A DNA stretch of 64,000 nt from Macrostomum lignano. Taxonomy: Eukaryota. Made by a program: the position numbers and the translations under genes. Shown piece by piece: positions 25,448-36,091 of the stretch. The notes beneath the pieces were generated by a model. The model ran no database searches, was not told the DNA's origin, and worked only from the letters and a program-made list of their open reading frames with translations. The DNA lies in the NCBI GenBank assembly GCA_002269645.1, contig NIVC01001472.1, forward strand, positions 182,205-246,204, read 5' to 3'. The stretch's first letter is position 1. Each line of letters opens with the position of its first letter.

Positions 25448-26155
25448 ATCAGGTAAGTCGCAAAAAGGATCAGGTAAGTCGCAAAAGGGTTAGGTAAGTC
25501 GCAAAAGGATTAGGTAAGTCGCAAAAGGATTAGGTAAGTCGCAAATGGATTAGGTAAGTCGCAAAAGGGTTAGGTAAGTCGCAAAAGGATTAGGTAAGTC
25601 GCAAAAAGGATTAGGTAAGTCGCAAAAAGGATTAGGTAAGTCGCAAATGGATTAGGTAAGTCGCAAAAGGGTTAGGTAAGTCGCAAAAGGGTTAGGTAAG
25701 TCGCAAAAAGGATTAGGTAAGTCGCAAAAAGGATTAGGTAAGTCGCAAAAAGGATTAGGTAAGTCGCAAAAGGGTTAGGTAAGTCGCAAAAAGGATTAGG
25801 TAAGTCGCAAAAGGATTAGGTAAGTCGCAAAAGGATCAGGTAAGTCGCAAAAGGATTAGGTAAGTCGCAAAAGGATCAGGTAAGTCGCAAAAGGATTAGG
25901 TAAGTCGCAAAAGGGTTAGGTAAGTCGCAAAAAGGATTAGGTAAGTCGCAAAAAGGATTAGGTAAGTCGCAAAAAGGATTAAGTAAGTCGCAAAAAGGAT
26001 TAGGTAAGTCGCCAAAGGGTTAGGTAAGTCGCAAAAGGGTTAGGTAAGTCGCAAAAGGATTAGGTAAGTCGCAAAAAGGATTAAGTAAGTCGCAAAAAGG
26101 ATTAGGTAAGTCGCAAAAAGGATTAGGTAAGTCGCAAAAAGAAGCAACTAAGTCG
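25448..26155. repeat. 20-21-bp minisatellite (TAGGTAAGTCGCAAAA(A)GGAT), ~33 copies, inside the hAT element
   Basis: Direct tandem periodicity; unit contains the element's subterminal motif GTAAGTCGCA. Confidence 0.95.
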
Positions 26156-26316
26156 CAATAAGAGGGAAGTAAGTCACAATCAGAGGCAATCAGGGGGTAG
26201 TAGGTGCAAGTGTGGCAGGAGAGCAAAAACAGAATAGAAGCCTTCAACAACAGACAAGATCTTTGAAATCAGAAGCCCGCGTCAACAGTTTCCCATTGAT
26301 TTCTTAAACTCTGGAG

Positions 26317-26390
26317 CAGGGGTTGGCAAACTCCGGCTCGCGAAGCCCCTCTATCTGGCCCTCGCCCCTCGGGTTCTTTGAAACTTCCTA
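26317..26390 (+). mobile_element. Left-end fragment of a hAT-Charlie-type element
   Basis: CAGGGGTTGGCAAACTCCGGCTCGCGA preceded by CTCTGGAG (close to the NTCTAGAN target consensus); no right end found. Confidence 0.6.
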
Positions 26391-26394
26391 ACTA

Positions 26395-27339
26395 CGAGGG
26401 GCGTCCGGAAAGTAGTGTTACTTTTGCTTGGTGTCATTTGAAAGCGGCAAGTCTCTTCTTTAAAATGACACCAATTGCAAGAGATTTGAATCTGTGCTTC
26501 AAGAGATATGGACGATTAAGTAGAGAAAGGTCAGTCATAGACTTACAGAACCTCAAAAATGTCAACAGAAAACTTTTACGATTTTATCGATTTTTTCGTA
26601 ATCATGGGCTGTCTATGGCCAAATGTGATGCAGTGAACGAGAGGGGCTGTCTCATAAAACTACGAGACTTGTAAAATTGCTTCTGCTGCGCCTGCAAAGT
26701 TTATTGACATTCAATTTTCAATTGTGAACTGCAAATGGATGTGCATTCAAAGACTGGGCAGCGACATGCCATCTTTACACTTTGGGGCTGTCTCATAAAA
26801 CTACGAGACTTGTAAAAATGCTTCTGCTGCGCCTGCAAAGTTTATTGACATTCAATTTTCAATTGTGAACTGCAAATGGATGTGCATTCAAAGACTGGGC
26901 AGCGACATGCCATCTTTACACTTTGGAGCTCCGGAACCAAATCGGCTGACATCCACAGGCAACTTTGCACAGCTCATGGCGACCATGCTGTCAGCAAGAT
27001 GACAAGTCTGCCAACCGATGAATGATTTTAATGTTGTTCGCTTGTGTGATAATTTGCTTGTTATCTGTTTCACCTGCTTCTGTACTGTACTGTTGTGTTT
27101 TTTGTTTTTTCTGGAGTAATTACGCTCGTGATAAAAGTTTTCTGTTGACATTTTTGAGGTTCTGTAAGTCTATGACTGACCTTTCTCTACTTAATCGTCC
27201 ATATCTCTTGAAGCACAGATTCAAATCTCTTGCAATTGGTGTCATTTTAAAGAAGAGACTTGCCGCTTTCAAATGACACCAAGCACATGCAAGTGTGACT
27301 GTCCATACGTCCACACCAAGCAAAAGTAACACTACTTTC
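26395..27339. mobile_element. Mariner-derived fold-back MITE with ~170-bp inverted arms; right terminus truncated
   Basis: TA|CGAGGGGCGTCCGGAAAGT left end; arms 26408-26578 and 27132-27339 essentially perfect apart from a 37-bp insertion; internal 141-bp tandem duplication (26643-26924). Confidence 0.85.
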
Positions 27340-27374
27340 TTAAGGTTGGTAACATTACTTAGGTTGGTGTCTCT

Positions 27375-28025
27375 TCAACTCTCATCTCTCTCTTCTTCTC
27401 TACCTTGCCTCCCCTCTTCTCTCTCTCCCCCTTTTCCCTCTTCTCTCTCCTCTCTTCTCCTCCTTTCTCTCTACCCTTTCTCCTCAATGCCCTCTTCTCT
27501 CCTCTTATCTTCAGCAAAAATATGTGCATATTTTCTTACTTCAAAGTAGAGGGAATAGAAGATTAGAGATAAGCAAACAGAGGAGAGGCGAGCGATGCGA
27601 TGGGAGAAAAGATAGAAGAGGAGAGAAAAGCTGAGGGAGGAAAAAGAGATGAGAGAGAAGAGGAGATGAGAGGAAAGAGGAAAGAAAAGATGATGGATGA
27701 GATCAGAAGAGAGGAAAGAGGAAAGAGAAGAAAGTAGATGAGAGAAGAGAGGATAAAGAGGAGATGAGAGGAGAGTGAAGAGAGGAGAGATGAGAGAGTA
27801 GAAAAGAGAGGAGAGATAAGATGAGAGAGTAGAGTGGAGAGAGACGAGAGGGAAGATAAGATGAGAGAGTAGAGTGGAGTGGAGAGAGACAAGAGGAGAG
27901 ATAAGAATGTAGAGAGGAGACAGAAGAGATAGGAGAGGAGAGAGGAGAGAGGAGAGGAAAGAGAGAAGGGATAAGGGATGAGAGAGAAAAGAAAAAGAGG
28001 ATGAGAAGATTGAGGAATGGAGAGA
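27375..28025. repeat. CT-rich then GA-rich low-complexity tract
   Basis: Pyrimidine tract ~27375-27510 followed by purine tract ~27570-28025. Confidence 0.85.
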
Positions 28026-28440
28026 ATTTGCAAAGGCCTCAAATCTTAGTTTAACATGCATTACTCCCATCTTTGCCTTTTTCCTAACTGTTAACAAGTT
28101 TTTGTTTGAGCATGACTTCAAATTTAGAATCTATGCAAAAATAGTTCCGGGAATTGGAATTCAGTGGTTTCAAAATCTGTGGGTTTTCACAGCTTGTATC
28201 TCTACTGGATTCGTATTCTGCATCTGATGAGCCATCTGAATCAGGGCTCTCATCTTCCATGCCAAATCGTTCTTGAGCTATAGGTCACACTGTATTCACT
28301 TCACTTACTTCTGGACATTCATGAATCATGACTTTTGTAGTATGCTCACTACACTGTACTGACAATTTACTAATTGCTTCATGCCGCCACTAGATGACAT
28401 ACTGATTAGCTGTTATAAAAACGCCGAATCTGCACGCAGC

Positions 28441-28503
28441 ACTAATTAGCTGGCGAGGCATTTAGCTTTTAAAATATGGTCATAGTTACTCCTGCCGTTT
28501 ACC
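28441..28503 (-). rRNA. Degenerate 28S rRNA fragment (helix 69-71) near the right end of the hAT element
   Basis: Reverse complement GGTAAACGGCAGGAGTAACTATGACCATATTTTAAAAGCTAAATGCCTCGCCAGCTAATTAGT. Confidence 0.8.
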
Positions 28504-29689
28504 TAAAGTTTTTGCTAGGCTCTTTCATAGGTAAGTCGCATTTTTTATCGAAAACTAAGTCGCACGGCCAGCGTAATTTCAGAAGTTGCGCATGTATGGT
28601 TGGCTAGCAGTTATATATGTATGATTTCTAGAAATCATTGACATAGTCTAACAAAAGTATTGCCTGTGTAGTTGATAATTAACTACTTACTAGCCTCTGT
28701 AGTCAGTCTTCTTTATGCCTATTAAAGAAAGGAAGTTATAGAAGTCTAATGCTATCAAAAAAGTACTGGCTTCTAATACTCTGATACCCAAAAGGTATGG
28801 TCAATAATAGGCCTATCACTATTAAAGTATTGGAATATTGGAATTGTGCCCAACATTGTTAAAAATAAAATTACAACTACTAGGCCTAACTTACCAACCA
28901 AAATATTCCACTTTTAGGGCCTACCAAACTTAAAAAGGTAGGCCTAGTTTTATTACAAAAGCAACTTATAACAAAATAAACAATGTGACTGAATGAAATG
29001 ATTGTCACCAAAATAACTTGTCACCAAAATGACCTGCACCTAGATAAGACTGGTTCAAATAGCCATAGGATAGCATATTGTATTATTGAAATTAAGTGCT
29101 TGCAAAGTTTTATTTCAAAAAGTTTGAACAAGTATAATTATAAGTGCCTAGCAACTAGCATAAATTATTGTATAGGATTGGTCTAACAATGTTTCATGGT
29201 AGATCTACAAGTAAAATATATTGTACTGTAATATCAGTACTGCTATTGCGGTACTTTTGTACGTCATTTTCATTTATTGCGCTAGGCCTACTCTAACTAG
29301 TCTAGGCCTATTATAAAAAGCCATAAGCATAAGTTTTAAGGCCTAGATAAATTAAACTAATACTTATAATGAAGAAAAAAGACAAACTCAAATTCAAAAG
29401 TTAACCCAGTAACAAACAAAACACTTCAATAAGACATAGATGATCAAGAAATATATCGGACAAAGAAAATGGGACCACGGTTTTTTGGATAATTCTCTGA
29501 AATTCATTCTTTCCGAACAATAAATCGTACAAATTCGTCATTACATAGTCAAACAAAGTTTTCTTGCTGTGGTACAAAGTAAGTAAGAGAGATTGTGATA
29601 AATTGAATTTAAGGATTGATTTTTAAATAAAATTAGTTTAGAAGACAATTATTTATTTGACTATTTTTATTTATGCTTAAAAATTTTAA

Positions 29690-30360
29690 CGTCTTTTAAT
29701 CAAGGACTATTCAACTCAGAGGCTCTTCACATTACCAATTCCAGAACCAGAATCGGTTGGGATCTTCCAAGGAAAACAGCAGTATAACTATTTAACTCTG
29801 TGAATATTTGACTGCCTTAACAACCACACTTTGCACAATTTTTCACTTTCTTCTTGGCGATTTTCATTCAATAATTAAGAAAAGTCAGGAAAACGAAAGC
29901 AAAAGCGAACATTCGCATTTTATCTTTAATAAAATTACAATTAATTGATCAATCTTCGCGCGACATGTTTCACCGAACAATCGGCATCTTCATCAGGCAA
30001 AGCAATAATATAGATTCAGAGTAATATTTAATAAATGAATCTATATTGCCTGAAGATGCCGATTGTTCGGCAAAACATGTCGCGCGAAAATTGATCAATT
30101 AATTGTAATTTTATTAAATATACAATGCGAATGTTCGCTTTTGCTTTCGTTTTCCTGACTTTTCTCAAACGGTGTACCTTTACCTGGACTCAATAATTAA
30201 GAGTTTATAGCAAATATATCGCTCTAGTTAAGGAGACAAAAAGTTATACTTTACAAATTGGTTCTGGTTCTAGAACAAGAACAAGCAATATGAAGAGCCT
30301 CTCAGTTTCATCTCAAGACAATACTAATACTCAGTTGAGTTGAGTTGTTCTTGCTTAAGA
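29690..30360. mobile_element. Fold-back (inverted repeat), probably inverted Penelope-like LTR ends with degenerate minimal hammerhead ribozymes
   Basis: Near-perfect inner arms 29878-30168, degenerate outer arms; CTGAAGAT-GCCGA-TTGT-TCGGY-(G)AAA-CATGTC motif in each arm. Confidence 0.6.
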
Positions 30361-33300
30361 CTTTATTTAGAAAGTGTGAGCAATTGTACACAATTGTGGT
30401 CCACCGGATAGGTCGTCATGATAATCCTGAAAAATCAACTCTGAAAGCACAATTCGATCCCATCATCATAAAGCGAAAATATCACAAACCCGAAAGATCG
30501 CTTATAAAAAACGCTTTTAAGAAGGCTAACAATCTCGAAAGACCGTAACTCCAAAGAACAAAAGTGTTGGGGTTGCTACAACCCGGAGTTATGATATTTT
30601 GTGTTTGTGATACAGTATTTCGGACGTTTACTGTAAAAGGTGCGCTACTCAGTTTCAAAACGTTACGCATTTTCATGTATGATATTTTGGATTTTTAGTG
30701 AACAGTACCGCCTGCTCATGCGGTGTTGTGCTGTTCACTGCATAATTGTTTCTTTTTTTGGTCGCAATCCGTTGAGTTTTACTTGATTCACTAAATATCT
30801 AAAAACCGGTTTAATTAGATAAAAAACGCAGGTTAATGAATTGAGAAGGCGCGCATCTTGTGGTTACGAAATCACGGAACTACCCTCGTAGAAAAATATG
30901 AATGGTACTTTAATAACTTTAATTTTAAATCAACTTTTTGTTTAAAATTGAATAGAAACTTCGAGACACTATCGGAATAATAAAAGTACAAAGAAGTCAA
31001 AGAACTGCCACACCACATGGCAGTATTAAAATGTAACTTATTGCATGCATACGAAATCTAAATTTACTTTATTTGTAGGAAAACTACGCTGTATATTTTA
31101 AAAAGTAACTACATACCCATCATTAATAGGAAAACAATAAAATAGTTAAAATATAAGCAAATTAGATATCCCTGATCGATTTGGTATAAATAAGGACAGG
31201 AAAGGTGAAAAATAGCAATATCGAGACAACACACAAACTGGCTCAGTGCTTCAGAACCAACCCGAGTTAGCAGCAAATACGTAACGCGCAGTCATTACTA
31301 ATACAAGTACAACAGTATTACATTGCATTAAAATTAATCGGGGCCATGAGACGTCGTCAGCTAAGCAGAAAAATAGTCAAAATAACTAATAAGGTGCGAA
31401 TAACAGCATGGAAAAGGAAAATAGAATGGGTTATTAAATTGGTAACATTTGCGGTAGTAAATAAAAAACTTTACTAAGACCAAAAAGTGTTCTGGCGATT
31501 CAGCGTCTTTTTAAATTGGTCGTTTAAGAAAAAAATTTAATATTGATTTTACAATCGCGCAAGTAATGTAGAATAGTTTTATAGAAAAAATTTGAAAACG
31601 TAAAAAGTATTTGCTCAATAAAGCATTATTCAGCTGCAACTATGGGGTTGTTTATAATGCCATTGCTTGGGACAAATAGTCATTTGTTATAATAAATAGC
31701 AATTGCCTCTAATTGCCCTACCTGGCCGGCTCAGCACCTGTAGTTCAATCAGTATAATAGCCAATTGTTTGCAGCTCAGCAAGTCTTAGATTTCAACATA
31801 TGGAATACGAGTACAGTAGCGGACCCTAATGCACAACTAATCGTTTGAATGTACATATTCAATTCCAGGAAAGCATGATGCTATCAGACTAAGAAGCCGC
31901 GGTCAATAAAAAAGTGAAACGTACAATGCTATAATAGTAAGGATCATAAATCCGTTGGTTTCTACTGATAAGGAAAACCAATTAAGCAAAACGCAACTTC
32001 AACGCAAAATGGCTGGGTATACTATTTATATAAAAATATGTGTATAGCTATATAATCATACGCGCGTACATGTTATTAAATAAATAGGAAAAAACGAATT
32101 AGCTCACGCATTAAATGCCAGCAAGAATGAGACTTTACAACGTAGAATAACCGGTAACCGATGCGCTATTAAATTAACAATTAAAGAAACTAAGTAACAA
32201 ATGAAAAAAATCATGCGCACCCGATACTACTAACCAAATTTTAGTCGAGCACAAAAAAACCACAGCGATGGGTTGCTACTATTCAATATTGTTGGGTTGC
32301 AACAAGGCAAATATATGTAGTATCTTGACCTACTCTGTACTACAGTTATATATACTCTATTATATAATACTCTGTACTACAGCTACAGTAATATACTCGT
32401 AGCGCACAGACAGAACTGATTTGAATATTAACAGGAGCAATACACAGTCAATCTTGACAATGACAAGTCAACTCGAAAAAGACAAAAGTGGCTAGGTGAT
32501 AACTGTACAGCCAGATACAAGTGATGGAAAATGGACTCAAAATAACAGACATAGATTGCGCATTAGTTTTATGGACAACAGAAAAATATGGGACAAACGA
32601 TATGCGCCACATACTACTACTGTGTAACTGCTACTGCTAGCTGCCTGTATCGACCATCATTAATAGCTACCTAAACATGGGTGCAGTCATGCAGTGTAAG
32701 AGAAACTTGGCGCCAATTCAAACACATTTTTAAAATAAGCATACTGGGAAGTGCAATCAGCAGATATGTATACGAAGTACAAACTACTAGTACATGATTT
32801 ACTTATTGAACAGTCTTTGTGCGACGGTAAAAACAAGTAAAATCAAATTTTAAACCTGTCATCAACAACGTAATAACTTAATGAATGTACTCAAAACATA
32901 ATCCAAAATAGCCAAAAAATAATAGCCAACAAGAATTCTGTTTTTAAAAAACCAGCTCTTCTCAGTAAATAATGCTGTACAATAGAACTCTTCATCTATT
33001 TCTTATCAAGATAAAAAGCAGACTGGAAAAGTATTATCATAGGCTAAATCATAACGACTAAACCTAGAACTGCGCGGACTGATCATAAGTTAAAGTAGTA
33101 GTTGACCGAGACTTGCCATCTGCTTACGTTCACAGATACAAGAATAGTAGATATGTCACTCACATAAGTGCTCTTACGAGTATCTTCACTTTAACAGTAG
33201 CAAAATTACCGTTTTTTGTTTTTATACAGGCTAAATAAAGTTTTAAAGAGTATTTAAGTGTTTAAAGCTGCAACAATTGCTACTGGCTTTCTACAAGCAA

Positions 33301-33440
33301 ACTTATTAAATTAACATCTCCACCCAGAAGCTGCCACACCCGAGCGAGCAAGAGAGAAAAGGGGTGGTGCCCCAGCCCCAGTCAGGCCGATAAACAGTTT
33401 GGCTTTCTTCTTGCCCGCTTATATCTGACGTTGACTTCTT

Positions 33441-33593
33441 TCCTTACTGCTCTCTCATTGGCTGAGCTAGATTGGGCCAGCCCCTAGTCTCTCCTTACTG
33501 TTCTCTCATTGGCTGAGCTAGATTGGGCCTGCCCCTAGTCTCTCCCTACTGCACTCTCATTGGCTAAGCTAGATTGGGCCTGCCCCTCTCTAG
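33441..33593. repeat. 3 x 51-bp tandem repeat with two ATTGG (CCAAT) boxes per unit
   Basis: TCCTTACTGCTCTCTCATTGGCTGAGCTAGATTGGGCCAGCCCCTAGTCTC x3. Confidence 0.85.
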
Positions 33594-33945
33594 GCTGAGT
33601 GTCTTCTCTTGAGTTCACTTGAGTACATCGAATTAAAATTCTTGTCGTTCATTCTCAACCCCATAAACTAAGGAAAGGAGAATTTTAGCTACCACAAAAA
33701 ATTAAGCGACGCTGCGCAAACAAACTATTAAAAATAGTACACGCTATACTTTTTCACTAATTTAATTTCGAGTGACATATCTAGTTATTTTAGCGTCCCC
33801 CACACGGCTGAAGATTCTCTGATCCCACTAAGGTTTGCGCTAGTACATTGCTCGCTTCTAAACTCAATTGTTTTGGAGGCCCGAATTCATCGGCCCCTGC
33901 TGTGACGTAACCCTGAACCCCAGGCCCTAAGCCTGACCCGGCCAA

Positions 33946-34283
33946 TCACAGCTGAGGTCCAATACTGCCAGCGGACGGAGTGTCACTAGTAAACGACTCC
34001 GGCGCCTCAGTGCTAGTGACTGAAGCCGTCTCGGAGCCGCTGCTGGCCAGCAATCGGCGCCGTTTTGTAGTTAGAAAAGCCGAATGAACCTGCTGGAATG
34101 ACAGCGGCCCGTCCGATTGGGCCATACAGCGAGACTGCATGACGTCTTGGAATAATTCGCCAATCTCTTTGCTGTCCGGTATCTTCACGGGCTGCATGAT
34201 CACCCGCTTCTTATAATATTGCTGACGGCGCCGCCCTGTGGCGCCATTCGATGGCGGCGCCAGGGGAGTTCGGAATTCTCCGT
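33946..34283 (-). CDS. SINHCAF: SINHCAF/FAM60A homolog, last coding exon
   Basis: CCTACAG acceptor in phase 1 matching the upstream donor; open to stop at 33946; only weak similarity to the recalled vertebrate C-terminus. Confidence 0.75.
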
Positions 34284-34604
34284 CTGTAGGCGCAATGTGA
34301 AAGGGAGGATGATGGTAAGCATTGAGCTTCGCTATAATATAAATGTTAAGCTCTTGAAACATACACGCACTTCATAATTTTCTTAAAGTTTCTTAGTGTC
34401 CAATCCAAACTTCGTTTTTCCTATGAGATTATAGTGACCCCCTTATTGTGTATTAGTGTCAGTCTTATAATGTCATGTTGTCACTCCTATTGTGTACTAG
34501 TGTCAGTCATATGTCATATTGTCACTCTTATTGTGTATTAGTATCAGTCCTATAATGTCATATTGGCCCTCTTATTGTGTAATAGCGTAGTCAAATAATG
34601 TCAT

Positions 34605-34903
34605 AATGATAATAATATTATTTGATAACACCTCCTAATTGACCTGATGTGCAACCGACAGCTCAGCCGCAGCTATTGCGCGGCGCATCTGAAGACTGCG
34701 CACGGCTGTTCAGTCCAAGGACTGGGGGGTCGCCACACACACCCTCGATTACCCCAGCTAATGCTGGCACCCATTTTACAGCTGGGTGAACTGCAGCAAT
34801 GCAGAGTCAAGTGTCTTGTTCAAGGACACAGATTGTTCCAGTGGGATTGGGTCGAACCCCCGACCTTCAAGTCGCGAGTCCGACGCTCTACAACTACAAC
34901 CCC
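34605..34903 (-). mobile_element. tRNA-derived CORE-like SINE (copy 1), in SINHCAF intron 2
   Basis: B box GTTCGA, TGTGTCCTTGAACAAGACACTT...CAGCTGTAAAATGGGTGCC core, (ATT)n-type tail; homologous to copies 2 and 3. Confidence 0.88.
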
Positions 34904-35132
34904 TATAATGTTATTTTGTCCGTCACTTCTATTGTGTATTAGTGTCAGTCTTTTACTTTCATAGTATCTGCCTTAAATGTCATTGCGGCAATCATGTAAA
35001 GTCATACTATACTCTCAGTGCTATATAATGTCCTACTAAGGTCTGTCTTCTGTCTTGGTGTCCTATAATGGCAGTTATCATGTCATGAGTCGGCCTCATC
35101 AATGTCTCAGTGCCCGCGCCCGTCTGCCTCAC

Positions 35133-35466
35133 CCTGTCCGATCTGTCTAGGCATGGCAGCTGAGCCGCTTCCGTTGACTGCGCCGCCGTTTCCGCTGCAC
35201 CCGCCACCCGAAGGCCCGCCGTTCAAGCCGACCAGTCCTGCAGCAGACGCCGACACCGACAAGTCGACGGACACGCCGGCGGCCTCCGCCAACTGCTGCA
35301 GTTTGCCGTTGGCGCTGCCGCCTGATGTGCCGCTACCGCCGCCGCCTCCGCTGGCGCCGCCGTTAGCCTGTTTAGCAGCAGCCGCCTCGCGCAGCTCGCG
35401 CCGGCGATTCCGTTTGCTGATTTGCTTCATGTGTTTGGGGCCGGTGCCGCGCCGCGAGTCCACGAC
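35133..35466 (-). CDS. SINHCAF: SINHCAF/FAM60A homolog, coding exon 2 (VVDSRRGTGPKHMK... Gly/Ala-rich)
   Basis: CCCTCAG acceptor phase 0, GTGAGG donor phase 1; the N|VVDSRRGTGP junction matches recalled FAM60A NHVVDARAGP. Confidence 0.85.
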
Positions 35467-35784
35467 CTGAGGGAGTCGTTAACTATATGATAAGTTAGCC
35501 AGTCAGATTGTAAGAGGGAGGGCGCTGCCAAAAATCAAAGACAGGCGATCGACAGTCGGCCCCCGCAGCAAGCGCGGAGGCCAGCAGTCGTGCCTATTCC
35601 GCTGGCCCCTGAGCACGCAACACACACAAGGTGTACACTGTACAGCGCCCCCTGACTTTATTAGCGTCCAGACATTTACGAACTCTCATGGACTCCTGGA
35701 ACCATCTGGACTGGAAGAAACACTTATAAACACTGGAAGATATTCTTAGACGCTTATATATATTATATCGTCCGGGTGGTCAAC

Positions 35785-36091
35785 GCGGTTATAGCCTAGT
35801 GGTTGAAGCGTCGGACTTACGACTTGAAAGTCAGGAGTTCGATTCCTAACCGTCCCGGAACAATTTGTGTCCTTGAGCAAGACACTTAATTCTGAATTGC
35901 TTCATTTCACCCGGTTGTAAAATGGGTGCCAGCATCAGCTGGGGTAATTGAGGGTGTGTGTGGCGACCCCCCAGTCCTTGGACTGAACAGCCGTACGCAG
36001 TCTTCAAATGCGCCGCGCAATAGCTGCGGCTGAGCTGTCGGTTGCACATCTGCGCATTAGGGCAGGTGTAATCAATTATTATTATTATTAT
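35785..36091 (+). mobile_element. tRNA-derived CORE-like SINE (copy 2, full length), in SINHCAF intron 1
   Basis: A box TAGCCTAGTGG, B box GTTCGATTC, core GTGTCCTTGAGCAAGACACTTAA...GTAAAATGGGTGCC, (ATT)5 tail. Confidence 0.9.

Larger units (their letters stand above)
25238..28598. mobile_element. Non-autonomous hAT element, 3361 bp, with nested inserts
   Basis: 15-bp perfect TIR CATACATGCGCAACT; 8-bp TSD GTTGGCTA (25230-37, 28599-606); subterminal TAAGTCGCA motifs at both ends. Confidence 0.88.

Noticed and set aside
25448-26155. CRISPR-like appearance of short repeat arrays (here and elsewhere)
   Set aside because: Units are contiguous with no unique spacers, there are no cas genes, and the context is eukaryotic
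28224-28258. Hammerhead ribozyme at CTGATGAGCC...GGC (also CTGATGA at ~49200)
   Set aside because: No GAAA after the putative stem II and no stem III or cleavage triplet
24771-28503. Functional rRNA gene or rDNA unit
   Set aside because: Only ~63-nt degenerate pieces; no flanking LSU sequence and helix 69 pairing is broken
35785-35860. tRNA gene
   Set aside because: It is the head of a SINE: three diverged copies with different anticodon-position triplets, followed by a CORE-like body and tail
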